The translations under genes and the position numbers were made by a program. 64,000 nucleotides of DNA, taken from Phoronis australis (lineage: Eukaryota; Animalia; Phoronida). Shown here one piece after another: positions 38,701-48,909 of this stretch. The notes below the pieces were generated by a model. It searched no databases, was not told the DNA's origin, and worked only from the letters and a program-made list of their open reading frames with translations. The stretch covers positions 336,704 to 400,703 of the forward strand of contig NMRA01000302.1 in assembly GCA_002633005.1 (NCBI GenBank). Direction: 5' to 3'. Every line of letters starts with the position of its first letter. Positions within the stretch are counted from its first letter, which is position 1.

Positions 38701-40901
38701 TCCCAATTGGGACTCCTCCGACTGAGATCAGTTACCCATTGAATACTCTAAGGGTGTATAGAAGTCACTGAATATTTTAAAAATTGCACACTTACTTGCC
38801 CATCGAAAGCCTTGCAAATCTTCACGAGCTCTAACATACAATCTTGCCCTCATTGTTTCCCACCTCATTACATTCTGTAGTTCAGACGAGAGGGGTGCTG
38901 AACGTGCGATAACATCTGGCTCTTTTGTTAACTGCCCAACTCAGTCTTTTGTTCCGTATGATAAGAAGCAGGCAAATTATCTCCCAGGCTTCAAAGGAAA
39001 CGTATGGTGGTTGCACGCTATTGCCGAACGCGTATTCAGAACACAGTCAAACCAAGTGCGTTGGTAATCCGTTTGGACGGAATAGATTTCTTAAATTCTC
39101 TTGTAGTTGGGCGATTTTGGTGGTTCAAAAACTTAACATGATCAGCATTTGACGAGGAATTCAGAAATGCTATTGGTTTAAGCGCAAATATGTTATAACT
39201 TAACTTTCGTTTTTATCAGCCCAGCCCAGTCAGGCTAGATATGATCTGATTGGGGATTAGAGCAATTATCGAACAAAAGAGCGCAGGCCCTCCAACCATA
39301 AGTGACAGACTGGAGTTAATCAGTCGTGTAAGATATTGGCTAGGGGGGTAAACTTCCCAACTTGTTGGGCTATAGAATCGAACAAGTTGGGAGCAACGGG
39401 ATGTCGACGTCATGTTTCGAACAAGTCGCTTAGGTACACGGTTTGTTGGTAATGCCACTTTTTGTACTGACTAACTCGTCTTTTTTCCGAATCTCGTTGA
39501 GCAGGACGACCGCGTTTCGCCCTCGGCCGTACACTACCAGTCTCCACCATTTGTATTTTTGTTAACTTCTGTGGCTGTGCATCCGTTGTTGTGTACTATC
39601 ATTTTATTTTAATGATTATCCTTTTTATTCCTTGTAAATATCTCATTCGTTCGCAGTATTAAAAGCGATTTCTTCGTTTTTTTGCTCGTGTTCAAAGTTA
39701 ATTCTAACCTTTTGAACTTTAAGTCATACCAAAAAAACGGCTAAAACGGCGTTAAGGGGTATTTTGTCTATAACTCGGACAATAGGCCTTTAAAATCAAG
39801 CAATGTTTGATGAACCCGAAGGACAATCCGGCTTGTCTCTACCCAAAAGGGAACCTCTATTCTGTCTGTAGATAGTCATCCAATGACTTATCAGTGCTGA
39901 GCAAACGAATTAAAGTGAGCAAACCCTTTTCTAGTTGAAAAACATTTAAACTAATTTCCAAAACTACTGCATGGTAATCGAACGACCTGACGTCATCGTA
40001 CATTTGCACTTGTGTTTCTCGTTGTCAAATTTGTCCCACTTGTTGTTGCCCATGCACGTCGCTTCGATGGCATTATCTTTGCTCTCGTCGTCACCGTTGA
40101 ATTTCAGGCCAAATATACAATCGTGCGTGATCTTCACACCCTTCGCGACCTGTCCCGTGCGAGATGGTTTGTAGCCAAAATATTTGTCGATTTGGCACAT
40201 CTCTGCAATCGAATTGCGTTCTAAAAATGACTTAATTCTACTGCCCATAATCGTCTGAGACCCGTTAGGCTACCACGTCACTATTTCAGAGTTATAATAA
40301 AGCCCAATTATTGAAATGTTAAGGTTCACACCAGTGGCGAAAACTCTAGCGTTTTACAGTAAATAGCCAAACAAGATAGTTCTCCGCGGAGGGGTAAGTT
40401 TCGCAAACGGTAAATTTATTTCCATACCACTCGAGTCTCTCTTAAGGCGAAATTTGATGTCAAATTGGTACGTTCGCTCTCTGCCTTCAACTTTGAATGA
40501 CGTGACTATAGAACAAATGCCTCTTACCCCTGCGCAAGTGTGTCCTTTGAAGTAAGCTGTCTGGATGCAACAGCGATGGCGAAAACGCCTGTAGTTTAGG
40601 GGTAACTCAAATCTCCAGCAGAAGCGATTCTTATCATCGTTCACGTTACTGGCGTTTTTATGTTATCTGCAGTACTATGCAAAATTTTTAGCCAGCGTTT
40701 TAGCCAGCATTTGAACCGATTAACAAATAGCTTGCTGAAATGAGATGAATTGTTCAATGCTGCACTTCCTGATAACGATAGCCCTGTGACACACTGTACG
40801 TGACACACTGTATTCTTACCTCCCCTGGCCAGAGAAATGAGGCTGCAGATGGCAATGTGTAACGGAAACACAACTGAAACAAGATGTGAAACAACGTGCA
40901 T
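11920..40901 (-). CDS. Gene A: predicted GPI-anchored protein, signal peptide + Sushi/CCP + 2 Ig-like domains, 421 aa, 9 coding exons
   Basis: Exons 40820-40901, 40002-40202, 32784-32900, 28785-28968, 19942-20111, 18117-18227, 17141-17300, 13426-13502, 11920-12083. All introns GT-AG with matching phases (1,1,1,2,1,1,2,1); total 1266 nt with no internal stop. Confidence 0.8.
12218..12465. mobile_element. Harbinger-type MITE
   Basis: TIR gggcc(c/t)gttccaaga, 3-bp CAG target duplication; related inverted copy at 33698-34104. Confidence 0.75.
13426..13502 (-). CDS. Gene A exon 8 (end of Ig-like domain 2)
   Basis: gtaacag|T TGC...GGT G|gtaagt; (S)[25 protein letters not shown]. Confidence 0.8.
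14280..14455 (+). repeat. 3' end of the palindrome/tRNA-like repeat family
   Basis: gttatctcactagtgagataac palindrome at 14376-14397, preceded by a ggttcga B-box; matches 46500-46637 and 48743-48906. Confidence 0.7.
14565..14940. repeat. Element with internal short tandem units (tgtacccacttgg)
   Basis: Several degenerate copies of acccacttgg/acccatttgg between 14710 and 14900. Confidence 0.5.
17141..17300 (-). CDS. Gene A exon 7 (middle of Ig-like domain 2)
   Basis: tattttccag|CT...TTA AG|gtacct; (A)[52 protein letters not shown]. Confidence 0.75.
18117..18227 (-). CDS. Gene A exon 6 (start of Ig-like domain 2)
   Basis: acattgcag|TG...GAA G|gtattt; (L)[36 protein letters not shown]. Confidence 0.8.
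19942..20111 (-). CDS. Gene A exon 5 (end of Ig-like domain 1 + Pro-rich linker)
   Basis: tttttccatttag|A TGT...TTT T|gtgagt; (R)[56 protein letters not shown]. Confidence 0.8.
20930..22434. mobile_element. PIF/Harbinger DNA transposon derivative with nested small insertions
   Basis: TIR ca(a/g)ccgatttcataa, 3-bp CTA target duplication, subterminal ttaaacctgg repeats, and a decayed Myb-like ORF end (KKNGDGP) on the minus strand near 21930. Confidence 0.7.
22440..22720 (-). mobile_element. Gypsy-like pol C-terminal fragment
   Basis: [12 protein letters not shown]...TPR and YVLPDGK...RIHLR resemble the post-integrase tail. Confidence 0.45.
23841..23991. mobile_element. About 150-bp MITE, copy of 3891-4041
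   Basis: Near-identical sequence with cag flanks. Confidence 0.65.
25230..27510 (+). mobile_element. L1/Tx1 retrotransposon, degenerate RT and 3' region
   Basis: [54 protein letters not shown]...[10 protein letters not shown]; many frameshifts. Confidence 0.88.
27630..28360 (+). mobile_element. Non-LTR retrotransposon 3' end (RTE-X-like)
   Basis: [40 protein letters not shown] zinc-knuckle tail. Confidence 0.7.
28785..28968 (-). CDS. Gene A exon 4 (middle of Ig-like domain 1)
   Basis: atttttgcag|TT...TAT AG|gtacgg; (V)[60 protein letters not shown]. Confidence 0.78.
29686..31898. repeat. Two tandem units of about 1.14 kb (possibly Helentron-associated/DINE-like) with GAY-rich microsatellite
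   Basis: atgaaagcgct...cttggcgaaattaac at about 29686 and 30822; units are colinear throughout; the second ends at the N at 31899. Confidence 0.75.
32340..32750. repeat. GA-rich tract and (GT)n microsatellite
   Basis: Purine-rich run 32340-32460, (GT)n 32630-32745. Confidence 0.9.
32784..32900 (-). CDS. Gene A exon 3 (start of Ig-like domain 1)
   Basis: cttatttcag|GG...GCA G|gtaaga; (W)[38 protein letters not shown]. Confidence 0.8.
33698..34104. mobile_element. Harbinger-type MITE related to 12218-12465, opposite orientation, with extra internal sequence
   Basis: ggggcccgttcc...ggaacaggcc ends; internal cttaagtcaaaaatgaacttaagtcag is the reverse complement of the 12.2-kb copy. Confidence 0.7.
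35020..36931 (-). pseudogene. Three phase-compatible exon-like segments of an unidentified gene inside intron 2 of gene A
   Basis: 36898-36931, 35792-35882 and 35020-35103 splice to [69 protein letters not shown]. Confidence 0.35.
40002..40202 (-). CDS. Gene A exon 2: Sushi/CCP domain
   Basis: gattgcag|AG...AAA T|gtacga, symmetric phase 1-1; pattern C..G..I...C..G.....C.....W........C (4 Cys + Trp). Confidence 0.82.
40820..40901 (-). CDS. Gene A exon 1: signal peptide
   Basis: [27 protein letters not shown]+G|gtaaga; A-x-G cleavage-type motif at the exon end. Confidence 0.82.
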
Positions 40902-41569
40902 AAGTCTCGCGTTAACATTCTGTGATCTTTAGTTTTAGCTATTTTTAAACAGAAGTTTAGTGTCCAAGCTTTATGTTTTAATAGTGAGTGACATCAATGG
41001 TGATCGACGAACAGATAAACTCAAGCGCCTGGGAATTATGCATGTATCCCGTCTTGTCGTTAGCTCTGCAGGTTTATATGTCATGCCCAGATGTTACAAT
41101 TTTTTCGTCGCAAAAACCTTGCAGAATGTCGCTTTCGGGAGATATTGTAGCCAACCATATGGAAAGAATAACGTAAAGGTAGCCATGTTGTTATCTATGT
41201 TTCGCATTGACTTTCTACGATCAGGCAAATGAAGCTTGCTTCTATCTGATTCTCACGACTTTTTAGTAACGGATTTCTAAACGTGCGCTAAAAGTCCATT
41301 ACCTACTTTTGATGTAATCCGCGAACATTGCACTGGTATTTTTCAAAATGCACGCTGGTCTTGGTTTTAGCGTACAATCGAAATCATGCACGAAACTTTA
41401 TTTTCGAGATTGACACGTGCTCATGCAATCACGATCCGTCACTTGCAGTTTCTGTATAAATTATTAGCATAAGTAAACAAGTACAAAATACACAAACAAG
41501 CACATCCATTCATACACGCATGCACACGTCAGGAATGGTAATTCTCGTATCTCGAGAAACTGTCAAATA

Positions 41570-42850
41570 TTTTTTACAAACTTGTGAATATTAATCGGTA
41601 AATAAAACAACAAGAATGGATCAACTGAAATTTGAAATTTTCGGATGTAACAACTTCCTTTATCAACAAAAACAGAAATAAAGTAAAATCAAACACAAAA
41701 TGACAATTGACATATAAGATATGGTGTAATGAAAATGATACATTTTTGCGTAAAAAATTAAATGACATATTTTAAGAAGTTTTTATGTTCAATCCATGAG
41801 GTTCTATTATATTCAGTTTGTCTATTCAATATTGTTCTCTTTTAAGTCTGTGAGGGGTACTGGGGTGTAGGAGTTTTTCTATTATTTGTACAGGAAGATT
41901 TTGAATATTATGGTTTTTGGAATTGAAATGATTACCTATAGTATCAAAAATGTTTTTATGTATTATGTTAAATATATGATTACGAAACCGAGTTTGTAGA
42001 TTATGTTGAGTTTGTCCTACGTATTGGATAGAACATTTTTTACAAGTTATAAGGTAAATAATATTGTTGGTGGTGCAATCAGAATAATGTTTTATTTCAA
42101 AGTTTTCATTGGTTTGGGAAGACTGGAAAAAAGTGCTATCGTTGATGAAGTTACACATTTTACACCTAGTTTTGTTACATTGTGTGTTGCCAATAGGTTT
42201 GTCAGTTTGGTGTATATTGTCGATATTAGCTTTAACTAAATAATTTTTTAGATTTTTACATTTTCTCCAAGAAATTATAGGGGGATGAGGAAATAGGTTT
42301 TTCATTTGAGGGGAAATATGCAGTGTAGAAAGATGTTTTTTGAAGACGTGGCTAATTCCGTTTAAACATGGATTGAACATAGTTATGAAAGGTATTCTAT
42401 TAGTAGTATTGCCTTTAGTTTTAGTTCTTAAAGATTCATTTCGAGTAATTGAGCGGACTTTGTCAAACTGTTTGTGTATAAGATGTAAGGGGAAATGACG
42501 TTGAATTAGATAGTACTTGAGTTCTTTTAAACGGTTATTAAAGGAAGTTTCTTCTGAACAAATGCGTCGAATTCTTAGGGCAAGGCTATATGGAAGGCTT
42601 TTCTTGCAATGAAAGGGATGACACGAGTGATATGACAGATACTGGTGTTTGTCAGTTTCTTTACAGAATAAGTCAGTTTCTAGTTTATCATTATTAAGAG
42701 TGATAGTTACATCTAAAAATGAGACTTTATTTTGAGAAATGTCATGAGTGAACTTTATAGTAGGGTGAAATTTGTTAATATTTTCTAAAAATACATCGAA
42801 TTTTTGTGGACCATGGGTCCATATCATAAAAATGTCATCAATGTGAATAT
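41570..42850 (-). mobile_element. Penelope-like retroelement, 5'-truncated
   Basis: ORF 41826-42827 just after the (I)DDIF motif: VSFLDV, KSLPYSLALRIRRICS, Cys-rich linker, IIYLITCKKCSIQYVGQT GIY-YIG. Confidence 0.9.
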
Positions 42851-42854
42851 TAAG

Positions 42855-43850
42855 TATACTTATGGGACACCTCTCGTTGTAAATGTACTATTTGGCTGGT
42901 AATAGCCAAATGTAAGTAGAACATCATGCGTCTCTTTAAGTCTAAGAATAACACATTTGCCAGTACGAGAAACAGTTGCGAACCAGAATTAGAGACTTTT
43001 GAAGCAGTTTTCTGAATTCCTAACAAAAATCGTCTGCAGGGCGACATTCCCAAACAGGGTGTGACAGTGTCTCTGGGACTTTATTACAAAATGAAGTGTT
43101 TAGAATCCTTAATTTGGATTTTGACTAAAAAATATTTGTCACAATAATCCTATGTAATATTCTCAATTTGAACCATCTAATGTTGGGACAAATGTTTAAA
43201 GCAATTCGTATATTTTCTTCCAACCTTAACATCTTTTATCTATTTCCCATTTACACTCTGACATGGAAGATTTCTTGATGTCGTTTAATATGGAACAAAT
43301 ATGTCTTCAATCTTTCACATTCCTCCGTAAGTAATTTCTAGACGCGTGTAAGGAGAATAGATTAACTTTAAATTTACTTTGAAATAGACTTTTTTGAAAC
43401 CTTCTTAGCATAGAACAACACCACTATACTCTACAAATCGAAACCGTTTATCGTACGTCTAATCTAACGAAATCGCCATCAAAGGTATACACATTTCTGA
43501 TAAATCTTAAGCCTTTTATAAGACTCATAAAATACTTCTGCCTCCGATACCCAAGTTACTATTATATCACAAAGGTTGATTCAAACAGTCTTCTTTACTC
43601 GCTACGATTGTTTTCCCATAAAAAGTTGTCCTGCTTCCAAGTACACCGCGCCGATAGGAATTAACAATAAGAGTCAATCCTACGCTAAGTTGAGTTCCCA
43701 CCAAACATCAGCAATATACAGTCCTGAACAAATCTCCATCAACTTCATCCGCGACTTCGGGTTATTAAGCTGGCGATAATTAAGCTTGTCTTCAGACTAA
43801 TCGAAAGCAAGATTAAAATCGCCTGCCCAAATAACACAGTAATTTCCTAT
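42855..43850 (-). mobile_element. L1/Tx1 fragments (APE endonuclease part and 3' end)
   Basis: IWAGDFNL, NNPKSR, ADVW at 43700-43840; WFKLRILHRIIVTN at about 43135-43175. Confidence 0.7.
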
Positions 43851-45039
43851 CAATATATATAGGTTATACAATGTACTTGTTTGTATCAGTGTGTTAGTAT
43901 ATCGAGATTCGTGATATGCAAAAGTATTCGCCCTCGTTCAAATACTTCTGCATATCACGAATCGAGATATAATAACACACTGCTACAAACACGTATGTTG
44001 TATAATCTATTTATCCTATGCGCCCTACTGAGGATTCTTTAAAGAAGCGGGTTTACACAGATTGCTCCGCTTGTCGTGGTGTCGATTGTCATCTTTTCTC
44101 AATGATGGTCGCAGCTCGCGTGACACGTATACGTGCACGCAATTTTTATGAATGAATTTTTTGCAGCGATTGCACGTCACGGTAGTCAAGTTGTATTTTA
44201 CACCAGCTACAGGCTTGGGGCCATGTGCATATCTGCGATTTTCAGTATTTTCGTCAAAGTTTGCATTTAGCTAAATCTATTTCTAAGTTAAAGTTTGCTT
44301 ACATTTCTGACGATTTTTCTTGACTTTGTTGAGTAATATCTGTGCAAGACACCCAGACGTTGTGGCTGATGCACGTTCAGAAGCTTCTTTAAAATGCTCC
44401 TTGCGCGCGGTTCTTATCATTTTTAGGTAGAAAGTATTCTGAAATTTATCGTAAAATTGACAAAAAATACAGTGCTTACAGAAGTTGCAGTTTTGTTTTT
44501 GGGCTCGACGTATTTTGATTGTTATGAGAACAAATTTAGAACTCACATTTGACCGTAAATATCATCAACTAGTGTAGTGCAATAGATGACTAAAAGCAGG
44601 CATGCAGTGGTAATGTATATTGCTTTCCTAAGCCCAAACATACAGTATTGTGGCAAGTTCGAGATTTTTTTGTGATTTAAGTGTTCTGCGTCAGTGCAAA
44701 ATTTCACGGTATATTAAGAAACATTGTCAACAACATTTTTATTTCACTTTTTTGTTTAGTTCTCAGAAGTCATATCATAGTATGGACGTGAAATTATTGC
44801 GCACGGAGCTGAACCCAAAGTGATGCTATATATATAATCATGTTACAGCTACTTGTAGTGTATTGTGTGCACAGGACGGAACTTTGGCGAGAAAGAAGGC
44901 ATCCGTATTCAACGTGCGTTGAATACTGAAATTCCATATTTAATGCGCGTTGAATATGGAAAAGTAGTTCTTCATTAAAAAACCTCAAAATACGATCCGT
45001 ATTTTATGGCCATACAATCACGCGTTTATGATAAATTTA

Positions 45040-46637
45040 GATTATTACATGGCGAAGTCGTTATACCCCGTTATCTAGAGCCCGAGTGGATTTTGGAGAA
45101 TTATCGCCCGAGGGGCGCTAGCCCCAAAGGTGATAATTCTGCATAATCCACTATTTATACCACATACTGAGCGAGAAACATTGCAATGAATCGATCTACC
45201 TTTCTCGACTCGCCTCGGCTTTGTAACTACTTTCTATGTCAGAGTGTCAGAATATAATCTGACAGTATTTTTAGTTGCATTGTTTTGTTTTGTTATTCTG
45301 TTTGATTGGCATGACCCCTGAGTTAAGTACAGTGATGATGTAATTTGTTTACTACAAAATAGTGTGGAACTTTCTAGAAGACTGAGGTCAGAACAGCGAT
45401 GATGTAATTTGTTTACTACTATTGTGGAACTTTCTAGAAGACTCTAGCATGACAGTGATTAATGCAGTCTGGATTATTCTAGAGACTAGTACATGTTTGT
45501 AGAATGATTGGGTAGGTTCCAGAAAGTTCTGGTATGTGCTTGAATTGATGAAAAGTTCTAGAACAATGCATTAGGCTATAAATACACAAGCACTGGTTTG
45601 TGTTAGGGACTTGAGTCCAAGGTGATTAAGTCAGTTGAGTTAAAGATTAAGTTAGCTGAGTCCAAGAAGATCAAGTCGGGAGATCAAGAGAAGATCAAGT
45701 AAGTTCAAGCAATTTAATCAAGAGAACTACAGTTGAGTTGCAGTGAAGAGAATCAGCAGTTACAGCGATAGTCAATAGAGAGCCAGCTACAGAGACAGCA
45801 GGTTATTGAATCAACGAGTGTAACAGTTGCTGGAAATATCTCAGAAGTTCAATACAAGTCAAGGCTTCGCAGCACTGGCTGGAGCATGAACAGACATTAC
45901 GTCGGACGTTTTGTTTGAGTAGGCTTGTGAACGTACAGTCGGGATTAATAAAGGATTAACTCGAACCAGTCTTCAGTCAATCTTCGCACCGAAAGCTATT
46001 AGCACCGGTCTGTAACAACCTGCGCCCACCCACACACGGGGAAAAACGTGACACAGAGGCCCGGGGTCGGAGGTCGTGATCTTTTAAGAAAAGCCGAGAT
46101 ATTTTTGTAAAATAATGCTTTTACTCAAAACCAATTGAAAAATAAAACAGAATAGAAATAAAGTAAATCTATAAATTAAGGTTTAGCAACTATAATAGCT
46201 TACTACACATTTTATCACACTAAGCTTCGACCGGGACTACATGTACATGTATATCGTCTGCTAAAATAGGTTACCACTAGTAACTGACTATAATGCTCAA
46301 GTCAAAGGATTCCGACCACACGACACCTGCATTCAAATTGGAGATCGGTGATTTACAAGTGAGAGAACACGAGAGAAAATTTTCACTGAATTAAAATATC
46401 GTTTTTATGGAAATTATGCTTTTTATTTGTCATAGCGTTTAAATGTCGGTGCAATGCCATACTTAAAAGTATTCTATTTTCACGTTCGATGACGTCATCC
46501 TCTGAGTGGTGCAGTGGTCGGTGACTCGCAACTGTTGAGGCCCGTGTTCGAATCCGGCCTCTGTTTCCCGCCAAAATGTTATCTCACTAGTGAGATAACT
46601 TTATGGGTTATTACACGAGGCTAATATTGTGGTATAA
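45040..46637 (+). mobile_element. Non-autonomous hairpin/palindrome element copy 1, interrupted by a solo LTR
   Basis: Colinear with 48039-48906 once 45245-46058 is removed. Confidence 0.8.
45245..46053 (+). mobile_element. Solo LTR, 809 bp, 5-bp target duplication
   Basis: tgtca...tgaca ends, CAGAG on both sides, TATAAA about 45577, AATAAA about 45947; empty site at about 48284. Confidence 0.9.
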
Positions 46638-46724
46638 TAACCCATATAGTTATCAAGTTATTCTGCCACGTTCTTCAGGTGTGTTTCTTTTTCAAGCTGT
46701 CTGGCCCAGCATCTTAAATATAAA

Positions 46725-46961
46725 TTAGCGACAGAATTGAGGAATCCCCGGTTTCGTCGTTGTCGTTTGTTGATTTGGTGCTGGCGTCCGCTTGCTTTCG
46801 TTGCCCACGCGCATGGTTCTTTTCAGTAGTGCCGTTGTTTTAACATCCAGTGGATTAGGTTTGAACATAAAGTATACTAGACCAAGGATGCCACAACAAA
46901 GAATAAATCCAAAGTTTCGCCGGAAATGCCGGATTCCACGGATCCACCTGTTTAGCCCCAT
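46725..46961 (-). other. Isolated exon-like ORF resembling a type II membrane protein N-terminus
   Basis: tttcctttgcacag|aATG; MGLNRWIRGIRHFRRN-FGFILCCGILGLVYFMF-KPNP..., 78 aa to stop. Confidence 0.35.
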
Positions 46962-47485
46962 TCTGTGCAAAGGAAATGTTACTTCAACTGTGTCAGCACT
47001 GGAGTAAGCGCCACCAAAGGCGAATGCCACTCACTATATTATATGCTCGGTACAGCTGTCAATGTTTTTTGAAGTCTTTAAACACGTCCACCATACAGGC
47101 CCAGCTTCCCCTAAATGTTTCAAATGTCGACAGTCAGTCAGACATTATTGGGTGGAAATGTCAATATAATTAGCATGTGTTGCCTGATACCAGCAGCAAT
47201 AAGCGCAAAAAGAATTTTCAATCTTGGCTGCCTTGGTCTGCATAATTTGTGCAAATTTTCGATGCATCCACCTCTAAAGTGGCCTCATAAAACTGACTGA
47301 CCATACAAACATAGGTGAAACATTACAATAATCTACCTGCAGTACGTGATAAGGAAGTTAAAACCAAAAATAGAATTTTGCATGATGGCATTTAAAGTAA
47401 TGCTCAAGGTTGCCATAGTTACCAACCAACTAAAATGCTTCAGGGGTGTTACCTAGACATGAAACAAACAAGAAAACTTATAATA

Positions 47486-47824
47486 CATGGGCGTGCACCA
47501 TAGGGGGCTGGGGGAGGGCTATAGCCTCCCACTTTTTTCAGTGCTATAAGCTGTCGCACAAAAGATGTCGTCACAATCAACAGTCCCGGTACCAATTTTA
47601 AAGAAATTCAGCAAATAAAGATAGAAAGTCGTGTCAGATTTTTTCAAATCAGCTCACGTACATCTCGGATATGGCGTCAATAGAAGCAAAAACGACTTTG
47701 TGGAGTAGAGTAGAGTTAGGAGACCTATAACGTTGATTTCAGTGTGAACTGCTAAACATGGGCGGCGCACCAAAGGGGGCAAGGGGCTATAGCCTCCACT
47801 ATATTCAGTGCTGCACCGCCCATG
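47486..47824 (+). mobile_element. Small TIR element (catgggcg...cgcccatg) carrying a decayed copy of the GAK 5' region/exon 1
   Basis: 47549-47732 aligns to 51522-51784; ATG changed to GTG at 47631; in-frame TAG. Confidence 0.75.
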
Positions 47825-48038
47825 GTCTATAGGAAGTGCACCAAAGGGCGGGATGGGGGCCTTAACGTCATTTGGTATCATACTTTGCCGCCTTTTGTAA
47901 CAAAGAAGTGTGTCGTCCGTTTCAAAAACAGCACGCTCGTGACACGGCGCAGGTGACGTAATGGCAAAAAGCAAGTAAGCTTAATTGGCATATGTATGAC
48001 GTCATGTAACAACAAGCCAAAGCGCCGTGATGCATATA

Positions 48039-48906
48039 GATTATTACATGGCGAAGTCGTTATCCCCCGTTATCTAGAGCCCGAGTGGATTTTGGAGAAT
48101 TATCGCCCGAGGGGCGTTAGCCCCGAGGGTGATAATTCTCCAAAATCCACGAGGGCTCTAGATAAGGGGGATAACGTCTGAGAACATGTAATAATCTATT
48201 TATACCACAATTAAACGAGAAACATTGCAATGAATCGATTTACCTTTTCTGACTCTCCACGGCTTTGTAACTACTTTCTATGTCAGAGACCCTGGGTCGG
48301 AGGTCGTGACCTTTTAAGAAAAGCCGTGCTATTTTTGTCAAATAATGCTTTTACTCAAAACCAATTGAAAACTTAAATATAATAGAAATAAACTGAATTA
48401 ATAAATTAAGGTTTACCAACTATTATAGCTTAAAACACGTTTTTTTCACGCTAAGCTTCGACCGGGAAATTATCGTCTGCTAAAGTTGGTTACCACTGGT
48501 AACTGAATATAATTCTCAAGTCAAAAATCCTGACGACACGATACCCGCATTCAAACTGGAGATCGGTGATTTACGAGTAAGAGGACATGAGAGAAAAATT
48601 TCACTGAATTAAGATATCATTTTTATGGAAATTTTGTGTCTTATTTTTCGTAGCGTATAAGTACAGTACAATGCGATTTGTTGAACGTGCGATTATTGCG
48701 CGTGCTCATTTAAGTATTCTATTTTCACTCTTGATGACGTCAGCCGCTGCGTGGTGTAGTGGTTAAGGTCGGCGACCAGCAAACTAATGGTACCGGGTTC
48801 GACTCCGTCCTCGGTTTCCCGCCAAATCGTTATCTCACTAGTGAGATAACTTTATGGGTTATTACACGGTTGTATCTGCCATTTGACGCTAATATTGTAG
48901 TATAAA
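48039..48906 (+). mobile_element. Non-autonomous hairpin/palindrome element copy 2
   Basis: About 158-bp imperfect inverted repeat 48039-48196; tRNA-like A/B boxes 48752-48806; 22-bp palindrome 48829-48850. Confidence 0.8.
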
Positions 48907-48909
48907 AAT

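Noticed and set aside
46725-47030. TMEM175 (head-to-head neighbour of GAK in human), or the first exon of gene A
   Set aside because: No resemblance to TMEM175 motifs; no convincing donor, and gene A has its own signal-peptide exon at 40820-40901
48743-48815. Functional tRNA gene
   Set aside because: A/B boxes are present but acceptor and anticodon stems do not pair properly; embedded in a repeat with divergent copies
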